Assembly (NCBI GenBank): GCA_012295275.1
Contig: CM022665.1
Span: forward strand, 42,718,001-42,782,000
Direction: 5' to 3'
Source of the DNA: Chrysomallon squamiferum
Lineage: Eukaryota > Animalia > Mollusca
DNA: 64,000 bases
Position numbers and translations under genes: made by a program. Every line of letters begins with the position of its first letter. The first letter of the stretch is position 1. Below the pieces are notes generated by a model. It was not told where the DNA came from and made no database searches. It saw nothing but the letters and a program-made list of their open reading frames with translations. This document shows positions 40,845-53,351 of the stretch, piece after piece.

Positions 40845-41764
40845 TAAAAATTTTAAAATGTAAGATTTAAAACCCAGTGCAGAAAGATTTGCATACAAAA
40901 CTGGTATATCACGGAAACCTACGATGCAGACAAGCATGTGAAAGAAAACACCACCAATAAATGTATTCAGCTTAGAACGTAATTATTCCATTCATTAGCA
41001 ATTAAAACTAGAACATCAAGCATAAGAACAATTTGATAAATTTGGTTACATATGGGATGTGAAACAAATGGCGATTCTGACTTAATGAACGTCAAAGAAA
41101 ATTACAACATCCTCTTCTCATTAGGATAATTTTATGCACCACACCACAATCTTTGATAATCAGTATTTCAGTGCAGGCAAGAACGGAAAAAAAAACAAAA
41201 AAAAGCCTGTGGGTGTAGTGAAAAAGATAGCAATGTAATTAGCAAGCTGCAGAGCTAGCAACCACAGGTGTATGTGTGCACCGTTTCAGATAACAAGCCA
41301 GCTATAAAAACAGAGCAGAACAAATATTTCCTTTCTACTCAACAGAAAGTTTCATTTGTTAGCAATTAAGAGATTGAAGCTGCAGGATTAAAACACCTGA
41401 ATGTGAAGGCTGCCTTTAGCACACGTGTATTAAGAGTTTTTCACTGAAACATAAAACAGCAGGTACAGTGTGTTTTCTAATGATGTGATGGAACTGAAGC
41501 CACCAAAAAACACGATGACTAGAAGTAAATGTAATTTACGTAACCAAATAATGTACTTTTTGTATATTACATATCTATTACAGATTGCAGCATAATGTTC
41601 ACAAAATTCAATAATATTATAAAACACATCTTGTTTATTACACAGTGGAATATAATATAATCATTATAGAATCCAATATTAATATGTTGCTTATTATAAA
41701 ACAGCACTGTTACAGAAAGCAAAACAACTCATTAATGCAAAATGCAATATATTATACACAAGTG

Positions 41765-42200
41765 CAGTATGATATACACTGTTTATTACAGAATGCAGTA
41801 TGATATACACATTGCTTATTTCAGAATGCAATATGATACACATTGCTTATTACAGAATGCAGTATGACATACACATTGCTTATTACAGAATGCAATATGA
41901 TATACACATTGCTTATTACAGAATGCAATATGATATACAATTGCTTATTACAGAATGCAATATGATACACATTGCTTATTACAGAATGCAATATGATATA
42001 CACATTGCTTATTACAGAATGCAGAAGGATATACACATTGCTTATTTCAGAATGCAAGCTGATATACACATTGCTTATTACAGAATGATATATGAAATAC
42101 TAATTGCTTACTTCAGAATGCAATATGATATACATTGCTTATTTCAGAATGCAATATGATTACACACTGCTTATTTCAGAATGCAATATTGCATACATAT
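41765..42200. repeat. Minisatellite, 33-bp unit, about 13 copies
   Basis: Unit acacattgcttattacagaatgcaatatgatat. Produces the IHIAYYRMQYD repeat ORF. Confidence 0.93.
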
Positions 42201-43367
42201 AGCTTATAGAACTGAATATAATACAAACAGCTTTTGTCAAAATGCATTGTAATATGAAATATAACAGAATTTTCATAAAGTATTTCTTTTAAAATATGTA
42301 TGTATGTATGTATGTATGTGTGGGAGAGTGTGGGTATGAGAGAGGTTTATATGTGAGAATGTGTATGTATGTGTTTATGTATGTGTGAGAATGAGAGAGA
42401 GAAAAAAGTGTTATGTATATGTATATGAATGTATGTGGTATTCATGTTAAATTTCATGGTATAATACGGTAAAGTATTTGTCAGAAAGATGTTCAGTATT
42501 ACATGGTATATATGATGTTAAGTTATGCCAGAGAAAAAAGCATTTTACAGAAATGATGTGGAACCTGCAGACAAAGAAAATTAAAATAAATGCTAAAACA
42601 ATGAAATAACGATTTGTCAATAACAGTAAAAAGCTTTCAACAACAATTATCACAACTGCATGATGTCAGCACTGCTTGCAAAAATAGCATACTCTGTGTG
42701 TGTGCATTCTCACAATTTACAACTGTGTTTATTTTTTTGCCTCTATGGATAACCAATAATTTTACCTTCAAGGATAAACACTGTTAATATTTTAACCATT
42801 CTGCCAATGACGCTAATGGTAATTTAATTTCATTGATTTACCACACAGTGAAATGAGTCTAACTTGAATCTAAGAATAAATGCAAACATTAGTTGTGTCT
42901 TTTTTTTCAATGCTGCCCTTGTAAGCCATAGTAGTGTCTCTATTACAGATTGCTCTGCCTTTTGCAATTGATATTATATTCTTTATTTTTTATATATATA
43001 TATATATATATGTCAAATAATCAACTGTTTGAAAAGTGACAGTACCTACTGAAGATTCAAGCTTGTGTGCCTGGGTTGTCTGTGAATGTCAATGTAAGAC
43101 AGAAGAAAAATCTGTCTCTAGTAGGATTACTTAGAACAAACAGTATCAACTATTATGATATTACATGATATATTACTGCTACTACTGTTTAAATGATACT
43201 ACCTATATCTTTGCCTTTATAAAAACATTACACAACTAACTTATAAAAGATACTACTTATATAATTGTCTTTTAAATGATACTACTTATATAATTGTCTT
43301 TTAAATGATTCTACATATATTACTTGTATTACCACCTTATAAATGATATTATCTACATTGTTTGCTT

Positions 43368-43640
43368 TATAAAACATTACTTCATAAAAGATACTATTTA
43401 TATTAATGCTTTTTTCTATATCACTACAACTTATAAAAAAATATTAGTTCTTTTGAAATAGTTACATATAAAATATTACAATTCTTGTCTTTGGATTTTA
43501 TAGAAGATATTATAAATCATCTTATTTAATAAAACATTACTTCATAAAAGATACTACTTATATTAATGCTTTTTTCTATATCACTACATTTGAAAAATAT
43601 TAGTTCTTAATAGTTACATCAGTGGATTTATAGAAGATAT
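43368..43640. repeat. Direct duplication with about 160-bp spacing
   Basis: ataaaacattacttcataaaagatacta.ttatattaatgcttttttctatatcactaca occurs twice. Confidence 0.85.
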
Positions 43641-44124
43641 GATCATCTTATAACACCTATTAGAACCATTACAAATTACTGTTATCTTTATCACACCTGT
43701 GACTGCCTCTATAACAACATACATCACTGGCAAATCTTGCTGATATCACTGTTTTGTACATGCTGGAAAATTACAGGCACAAACAAAGCCAAAGGAAGAG
43801 GAATGCCGAGATGAGAAAAGCAGAATGTCAGGTAGCAAGGAGGTCTTTTAGATGCAACTCGTTATGTTATATACTTAAATATTTGTCTATGAAGTGGTAC
43901 ACTGAACACACAAGATACCTGTGGCAAACCGAATGTGTAGGTAAACATAGCAGAATGTATCTGGATAGACAAGAAAGATTCAAGTAAGTGTGTCTGGTGT
44001 AACTGGATAGTATGAAGAGTTTTGTTTTCACTTTCTGCTTGACTTGTTGACAAAACAAACAGTGTTAATGAACTACCAAGCTCAGCTGACAGATGGGATA
44101 TGATATATTTGTGCCTGTAGGCGG

Positions 44125-44470
44125 TCAAGTGTGAAATGTTGGATTGGGAAAATTTTGTCAGCAGTACCAGTTAGACATGATGTATTTGTTTGTCTGGGCA
44201 GAATCAAGTGTGAGAGGTTAGAATGGGAAAAAATGATTTATCAATTTATTGGATGTGATGTATTTGAATATGTGGCCACTTAAGTGCAAAATGTTGGAAT
44301 GAGAAAACAGGTTCATTAATACCAGTCAGACATGATGTATTTTTCTCTTTTTTTATGTCTGGGCACTTAAGATGTCAATGGCTGGATTGGGAAAACAGGT
44401 TTACTAACTCCAGCTTATGAAAATGATGTGATTTTTTGCATTTGAGTTCAAAAGGTTGGAGCTGGAAAAA
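44125..44470. repeat. Degenerate tandem array, about 75-95-bp unit, about 5 copies
   Basis: Recurring aagtg..aaatgttgga.tg.gaaaa...taccagt.agacatgatgtattt. Confidence 0.7.
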
Positions 44471-44949
44471 GTATTATGAACAACAAAATGGACAATTTTA
44501 TAATATGTTTTAAATAAAATGATGAAGAAAAAAATGGTATAAATGAGAAACACTATTAAAAATAAAAACAATAATTTTAACAATAAAAATACAAGCAAAA
44601 AAAAAAGAAGCATAAATTTACATTCCTTCATTATAAATAAAAAAAAGAAACCAACAAAAGTTTAACTAATATAACATTATTTTTTCAACATAAAAAAAAC
44701 AACAAAACAAACCCCACCAGACAAACACAGAACCTGAAACACTATTATTTTTTCAATCTAGACAATGCTGGGGAAGCAGGATGAACCTGGAAGCTGTAGT
44801 TTGGTACGAAATCCTCTCAGGATTTGTCAACAGACCTGATTCCTCCTCTGAGTTGGTTTTACTCATGGATTCCACTAACGAGGCTGTCTTTTTTCATCCT
44901 GATCATGATTTACAATATAATGACATCCATTAAACAGTTCCACACACAC

Positions 44950-45220
44950 CTAATGACTGTCTGTTACTGACACAAATACTGTTCATTTGTATCTGTTTCT
45001 GTGGGGGTAATGGTTAAGTCACTGACTTTTAGACTGGTAGATCCTGGGATCAGATCTCAGTACCAACTCTTTACACAGTCTGTTAAACAAAATTCCATAC
45101 AAGTGTAATGGCTGTCTGACACTAATGCTGGTCATTTATATTATTTTATGTGTCTGCATGGTTAAGTCACTTGTATTATAACTACTAGATGCTGGGATGA
45201 AGTCCCAGTACAAGCTTCTA
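44950..45220 (+). mobile_element. Duplicated tRNA-like SINE head (second SINE type)
   Basis: Two copies of atggttaagtcact...tagat(c/g)ctgggat...c(t/c)cagtac about 150 bp apart, each with the same upstream flank aatg(a/g)ctgtctg. Confidence 0.45.
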
Positions 45221-45849
45221 ACAACAGCCAAATGGTTGCATTCTTTAACTAACAATTAATACATTAAAACTGAAACTTTCTGCATTACAGTGACCTCTAC
45301 CATTATTACTAAATGTTATTACTGACACTGCAGTCACTACTACTACTACTATCACCATCATAACACTACAACATCTTTCATAACAAAACTCAAAATACCA
45401 TCTTTTTACACATATTTTAAAAATAAATACTAAACAAAAGATAAATTTAAAATAATATCAACCAGCCTGAGGTAATACACCCAGTTATATAAACCACAAT
45501 CCACTCATGGCCACTTTCACAACCACATTTCTGAATAAACCTTTCAAACTGTTTAATAAACGGGCCAATGTGAATAATTCCCGAAACCTCCCATGATGTT
45601 TAATTTATACAGCAATAGCAGTCTAAATGATTTCACTGTCAAGGGTCACTTCTCATTTATTGAAGAACTGTTGCTGCAAATTCTTTATTAACTTGCCTGG
45701 AATTAACTCTCCGAGTATAAAACAGGCTAAGCGTACCTGGCAAATAAATATGACAAAACGTCACTGAAGACTCTTGCATTAACAAAATGAACTTGCTGGC
45801 TTGCAAGGGATCAGTACTGTCATCAATTAATTTCTGGGTAAAAACAACA

Positions 45850-46495
45850 GAAAGGGAGGAGTTGATAGGAGTGAAAGGGTGGGATGTGGGAGGAGCAGAA
45901 AGGGGGACCAGTAATGAAGAATAAAAATGATTAAATTATGATGAGAAGATAAGAGGATGAGGATAAGGTAAAGAAAAGGGGGGTGTAAAAGGGGTGAATA
46001 AGCAAGAATTGTAAAAAAAAGATGAATAAATAATGATGAGAAGAAAGACTAGGGGTGAAGGTGAAAGAAGGAAAGGGAAGAGTAAAGTGGAAGAATATGG
46101 AGGTTAAAGGGGAAGAATGCAGGAAGAGAAAAAAGATGAAGAATAAGCAAGAATAAAAAAAGATGAGTGAATAATGATGAGATGAAAGACAAGGGTGAGG
46201 TAAGGTAAAGAAATTGAAATGTAAAGATGAGGGATGTAGAAGAAGTAAAGGGTAAGAACTGGGAAGAATAAAAAAGGTGAGTGAATTATTATGTGAGGAA
46301 AAACTGTGAGTGAGGGGAAGTAAGGAATGGGACAGAAGAGGAGTAAAGGGGAGCAACAGGGAGGAATAAAGGGATGGGAATAGAAGACAAGTAAAGAAGT
46401 GGAACAGGAGGAAGAGCAGAGTGGAAAAGTAAAGTGGAAGAATAAAGATGAGAATAAAGATGTGATAAGAATAAGGTAAAATAGAGGAAAGAAAA
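45850..46495 (+). repeat. Purine-rich low-complexity tract with internal duplication
   Basis: About 650 bp almost devoid of C on the + strand; gaataagcaagaat...aaaaagatga.t.aataatgatgaga.gaaagac is duplicated. Confidence 0.85.
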
Positions 46496-46499
46496 TAAT

Positions 46500-46551
<52 letters not shown>

Positions 46552-46747
46552 AGTGTGTTATAAATTTTAGTTTTTTTTTTTTTTTTTTTTAAATGAATGC
46601 CAAGTTTTCCAAGGTAAGATTACACAGTAATCTGGTTGATTAATTCCAAGCAGACCTTGAAATAAAATTTAAAAATAATAATAATAAATAAATAAATAAC
46701 TGAAATAAAAAAAAAAAAAAAGACTCATTTATAAATGACAATGGAAC

Positions 46748-46778
<31 letters not shown>

Positions 46779-49054
46779 AATAATAAATGAATAATACATA
46801 ACAATTTTTTTTTTTTAATTTAAAAGAACCAAAAGATTAATTTGCTGCATATTTAATCTTATTTAAAAAAAAATAATAAAAAAATAATTTTTATTCTGTT
46901 TTAATTTTCCAGATAACAAATCAACATAAACAATTAAAACATAAACACAATACCTGCCATGCACTAAATTCAGTAATAAATGTGAGGGCATTCTCTATCA
47001 AATAAAAAAACCTCCAGTGGTCTTTCGTGAAAATAAATATTATTTTTGAATTAGCTGGAGGTTAAATGAACTACAAATATTATTTCTTGTATCACATTCT
47101 GGTCACAACTTCATTAGTAAAGAAAACAAGTTTGATAACAAAATTGTTACTGAATAAATTAAAATATAAAACGAATATGTGAATTGGAATGATTTATGCA
47201 TCAGATAAAAAACAAACCAAAACAAAAAATTCTGTTTTAGATTTAAAAATTTAAGAAAACATTTTATTTTGTTAAAAATTTTCAGCACTGTTGTTTGTTT
47301 ATTTATTTTAATTTTGTTGTTGATATTGCAGCTGTATTGTTTTCTGTTAAAAAAGAAACTTCAAAAACTCATTTATAATATATCAATATATATCTGTGTG
47401 TATGCAAACGTGATTTCCTCCAAGCAAATTTCACAGATGACTGCCCACAGATACACCATATTGATACCTTTAGGAAAAACAAATAATAAGTAAATAATAA
47501 TAATAAATAATAAAGGTATCACTTTAACAACAAAGTGAAAACAATCTCTACTTTTTTTTTTTTTTTTTTTTTTTCTGAATGATGGCAGATATGAGCTTTT
47601 TCAGAGACCACAAATATGATGAGAAAATCTCATGTTTGAAGGATTTGTAGGAAACTGACACGTGGAACTGTTGTAGCTGAAAGGAACAGAACAGGAATCA
47701 TTCAGTGTGTCCAGATGTTAGCACAATTACTCTTACCTTTGCTGCTAGCTTGACCCACTTAGTCGCAGGTAAAAAAAAAAAGTCCTGTGTGGAATTTCTA
47801 CAACAGGTAAAGTGCTTACATCGTACAACATATTGAGAATAGTTTGTTGTGCTGGTAAAATACAAGTAAAATAAACCTGATATTCTTACTGATGGTTAAA
47901 AGAATGTTTTTTGCCAAGAAATGAATGCAAAAGAGTTAAGTTTTAGTTATTTAGTTATTTTTTTGTTCTTGGTTTCTTTCTTTTTTTCTTTTCTTTTCTT
48001 ATACTTTTCTTTTTTTTTTTTTTTTTTTTTCAAGTTACAAATATAGATATTTTTAAAACAAAAATTTATGTATTTGTGCATAAAATTAAAATACAGATGT
48101 TAACAGACACAGACACAGAAACAAAAATTATTACAAATATTTAATTTTTATCAAAACATTTTTTATCCTTCTTTCAGACAAATAAAAATTAATTTCTATG
48201 ATATAAAAAAGAAAGAATGAAAGAAAGAAAGAAAAAATATATGTATATATAGACATTTTATTTTTTAATTCCTCTTCTGATGAGGAAAAATCATTATTTT
48301 TCTATCCTATATAAATAATTCTGTTATTGTTCTACATTATTTTACAATATTTCCACATCTCATTTATTATTACATTCATAAATATATAAAATGGAGACAT
48401 TATATGTATTTTTCACTGTTGTCACACATTAGTTCATCACCTTTCTGTTAAGCTTCGTTCACAATAATCTGTGTTAATGACCATAGATAATGGAAATTTG
48501 TCAACTGGAAAAAAACAAAAACACTATTTTTTTAAATTATTTAGCCAGGGAAAACTACAATGATTATTCTACAATGGACTGTCACATCATAGCCATTAAC
48601 CTTTACTCATAATCATCACAAATGTAATTCATACATAATAAGTGTTATTATTATTACTATTACTGTTGTTATCGTTGCTGCTATCAGCATTATCATCATT
48701 TTGGTGTATCATTATAACAGAGTGCGTGTACATTTCTGAGTTTGTATATGTGTCAACGGATGTCTGTTTGTTTATACATGCATGTATGTATTTGTTTTTC
48801 TTTCTGTCTGTGTGTCTGGGCACATGCATGCATGTGTGATTATTATCATTACATCTACCAGCATGACTGTTTGTATTTGTATTTCCATGGGCATGTGTTT
48901 GTGTCTGTGCAGTGCATTCTACATGTTTCTATGAATATATATATATATATATTTACACACACACAAACATACACACACACATATAAACATTCACACACAC
49001 ACAGGGGTTACAGAGCACACATAATATACATATACATACACACACACACACAAA

Positions 49055-49108
<54 letters not shown>

Positions 49109-50569
49109 TTTGCATTTGTTTGTATATATTTTGAATTTCTGTCTATCTGCACCTTTGCATGTTTGAAATGCTTGCTTCCAACACACACACAACAAGCAGG
49201 TAACAAGCAATTACCACTGCTGATACGTTATTCATGAAACGCTGATCAGCAAGAAACGACTGGCAATGTTGAGAAAAAAAACGTGAGATGTGTTCATTTA
49301 CAAGTGACTGTGTGTAAGAAATCACTCAGCGTGTTGACTTTTTCTTTGTGTGCTGTCTCATCACCACACCACTCAATCCTTCCGGCTTCCAGAGAGAGAG
49401 TCAGCTCTGTGCCAGTAACAGTTGAGAGAAAAGTGGATAAGAAAGGAAATTGTCTGATTAAGCTGTTGTTAAGTGGAATGACAAAAACTAGATCAGCAAA
49501 AATCTTCAGTTTACTCCTAGAACAAGCAAAAGATAAGCACAGTGCTTGCTTTGTTGTGGAACTGCAGTGTATCAGTAATATCTGTAATATCTGAAACTTT
49601 GACCAATAAAATTTATCTGTTTACTTCACAGGTGATCCTCAACAGGACAAGAAACATGCATATAAATATGCATATAAAATGTGTTTGCATTGTTGAGTAT
49701 TCGTAACAATGATATTTAGTGCACTGACTAAACAACTTTGACCAAAATGATATATAAAGTTTCTTTGTTGTTTCAGGCTTCTTATGGACTGTAACCTGTC
49801 ATACACTGAAAAAAAGCATGGTTCTAATGGTGCTAACAACTTCAGAAATCCAGTGGTTTAAAACTACAACAACAATAATAACAATAAAAATACGAAATAA
49901 TGATAATAAAAAAAAGAGAAAGAACAATAGAGTTTACAGATCATTTAATTTATCATTCATTTTATTGCCAGCCAGTATTGTCAGCATCAGCCTTACATAA
50001 TACAAATAAAAGATTTGTCTGTCTGCATTCTGCTGATTTTATTGACTAATAAAATATCTATAAAAAACAACATTGTGTATGCTTAAAGCAAGAGGCATGA
50101 AAATGAATAATGTTAAATTTTAAGTTTTTGTAATTTGTTCTGAATCAGATGGGGTCTTTGTGATAATAACAGTATTACTCAGATCACTAAAATCCTTTCC
50201 TTTAACTCTGCACTCTTCAGAGTTCTTACAGATTCTTGTAATTAGAAAATAAATAAATAAATAAATAAATAATACATTTTTTTTAAAAATAATTATAATA
50301 GTAAGAGGAAGTAGACATCATTACTACACTGGCAAATCCAACATAATGAAGATATAAAAAAAAAAAAAAAAATTAAAAATAACCTGAGCAAGATTTAAAC
50401 AGAAGATTTTTCAATCAATTTTATTACTGAAGCTTCCTTCAATGTCCTCTTTCAGAAAGTAGAAAAAAAACAGAAGAAAAAAAAAAGAATATGCCATAAG
50501 CAACAAATTCTCAATAGGGATAAAGAAAACTGGAACCAAATTAAAGACTGGTTTCATCTGTGTTCTCTA

Positions 50570-50635
50570 TTAAAGATCTTTCTTCTGGTCAGTGGTCAAG
50601 TCTGTCTGGTCTTCAACTGCCCAAGGGCTATCATT
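50570..50635 (-). other. Possible orphan terminal exon (NDSPWAVEDQTDLTTDQKKDL*)
   Basis: Strong minus-strand acceptor tttttctcttgtgtccgtctcttcag, then 21 codons and TAA. No partner exon recognised in the window. Confidence 0.15.
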
Positions 50636-51599
50636 CTGAAGAGACGGACACAAGAGAAAAACCTGTGATTTGTGACACACTCAAGTATCTGTAGATGCTT
50701 TGAAATTCTTTTTTCTTCCCTGTGTAATGTATAATTAGCTATTTCAAGTAGACATCTGATAATCAATAGATGACTGATTTTGTTTAATGTGCACAATCTA
50801 ACAGATACACATTACTGTCAGAAAACCAGAACAGTTTTTTTTTTTTAAATTTCTTACAACAGTAATTTATTTTATTTATAATTTGTATCTGATGTATATT
50901 AACTCATACTTCTCCTTCTTTCTCTTTTGAATTGTTTTATGTTGTTGTTTTTTTTATGATCTAAGAAGAAAGGAAACAATACTTATTTCATTTCCTTTCT
51001 TGCTGCCAGGAAAAGATTTAACTCTGAATTTTAATTACAATTCTGTGAGAAAAAAAAAATTGAAAACATTTTTAATTAATTTCTAATTACAAATGATGTT
51101 TTTGCCATTTACCAACTTGTAACATTTTTATTTATATTTGAGCTTCCAGGATGATTTTAACAATTCAGCAAAACATAAAAATCTTTTTCATTTTTTCTTT
51201 TTGTTATTTCAAGATAAAGCAATATTACAGTTCTTAATCTATTTTTAATTAGCAACGTGAGACCAAGTTGTGAAAATCAAATATAGAAATGTGTATGGAA
51301 TTGGCTTGAATCCAGAGACTAGATGATACAACAATGCCAAATGTTCAACTAAATGGCTTTTATCAGACATCAGAGCTGTCAAAGAATAGGGGTAATAACA
51401 GCAGACATCTCTACCACATGTTCAAATCTGTGTAACTGTAAAACACAAGTTACTAACAAAAAGCATTCAGAAGTACTAGCACTGGTTTTTAAAATTCTCT
51501 TCAGTCATTGATGGTTTTAACAGGATCAGCCTGTTGAAGGTTTTAAAAGCAGATAACATTAGATAACGTTACTAAGATTGTTTCTGGTTCTTTTTATCC

Positions 51600-52190
51600 T
51601 TGTCTTTTTTTAAAACAACTTTACTAACAAAGACTGTTACTCCACAGTGCATCTTAGTGTAATGTTCCTGGTTTTTTTAACCCATACTCTTTTAAAACCA
51701 GTTTACTAACAGATAACATTACTAAGATTGTTACTCTATGGTACATCTTGATGTAGTGTTCCTGGTTGTTTTAACCCTCGACTCTTTTAAAACCAGTTTA
51801 CTAACAGATAACATTACTAAGATTGTTACTCTATGGTACATCTTGATGTAGTGTTCCTGGTTTTGTTAACTACTAACTCTTTTAAAACAAATTTACTAAC
51901 AGATAACATTACTAAGATTGTTACTCCATGGTACATCTTGATGTAATGTTCCTGGTTGTTTTAACTGTCGACTCTTTTAAAACCAGTTTACTAACAGATA
52001 ACATTACTAAGATTGTTTCTCTATGGTACATCTTGATGTAGTGTTCCTGGTTTTGTTAACTACTAACTCTTTTAAAACCAGTTTACTAACAGATAACATT
52101 ACTAAGATTGTTACTCTATGGTACATCTTGATGTAGTGTTCCTGGTTGTTTTAACCCCTCAACTCTTTTAAATCAATTTTACTAACAGAT
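51600..52190. repeat. Minisatellite, 95-bp unit, about 6 copies
   Basis: tttactaacagataacattactaagattgtt starts at 51702, 51797, 51892, 51987 and 52082. Confidence 0.95.
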
Positions 52191-52486
52191 ACTGGTAACA
52201 ATAAATTACAGATATGATTAATATGCACATTCATGCCCATGCTAGCTCTTTCTTCAAGATCTGTTTCAATTCTTGATATTCTGAGATCAAGACCCAACCA
52301 ACAATTAACATCAAATATCAGTTTACTAATATTGTTACAATAAAAATCTTGTTCCTGCTCATTTTAACCAAGAATATACTGACATACTTAAAACAGTTTT
52401 ACTACCATTTAACATTATCAGGACAATGTGAATACACAAGGTGAATGAATTTTGATTTGGGAATCCTGCTTCTGGTTTTTTATCTT

Positions 52487-52705
52487 ATCAGAAACAACCA
52501 GATGACACCTTTACATAAGTACAACAGGACAAATTGGATGCAGGAGTCATGCTTCTTTCAGTTGTTGAGAGCTGATCAGAAACAACCAGATGACACTTTT
52601 ATATAAGTTCAACAGGACAATCCTCTGTGATTTGGAGGCAGCAACCATGCTTCTTTCAACAGTTGATAGCTCATCAAAAAAAGCATCCAGATGATACATT
52701 TATTA
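52487..52705. repeat. Diverged repeat of about 90-100 bp, 2.3 copies
   Basis: atcagaaacaaccagatgacac.ttta.ataagt.caacaggacaa...catgcttctttca. Confidence 0.8.
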
Positions 52706-53224
52706 AGGCAAGTATTGGGTTGGAACAACATTTCATAGGATTTCTCAGTTGGCAGCATTTGAGCACATGATTTCATTTTACATGTGATTGAAACATATAT
52801 ATATAAACATATTTTGAAAGGGGAACAAAACTGCACACTTGGTTAATAAACCTTTGAAAAAATATCTAAATACTGTCTTTCAATCTGACTTTACATAAAA
52901 ACCCACTATGAACTTCTGTTCCAATCCAGATCAAAGAGATAACATGACTAAGAGGTGTATGAAGATGCATGGTGTATTCACACACTAAACAGATTTGGAA
53001 CGTGTTCAAGCTAGGTGCTGTGTGCGTTCAGATAGGTGATTCCTGCTTGTTGTTAATTACAGTGAATGTGCAGTCGTCAAGCAGTAAGACAGTATATTCA
53101 TTCTGAACAGTCATCATCTGATGAATTACACAGGGATAAAAGGAATGTCTTGTTTCACTTCATAATTGCAATGGCAAATAAATAATAAAATAAAATATAC
53201 ATAAAAAAAATATTAAAAAATAAA

Positions 53225-53226
<2 letters not shown>

Positions 53227-53297
<71 letters not shown>

Positions 53298-53320
53298 TAA
53301 TTAATAATAATAATATAAAA

Positions 53321-53350
<30 letters not shown>
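53227..53350. repeat. (AAT)n/(AAAT)n microsatellite
   Basis: Direct reading. Confidence 0.93.

Positions 53351-53351
<1 letters not shown>

Noticed and set aside
41800-42159. 119-aa ORF with IHIAYYRMQYD repeats
   Set aside because: It results from a 33-bp minisatellite with frameshifting units and shows no splice or codon evidence.
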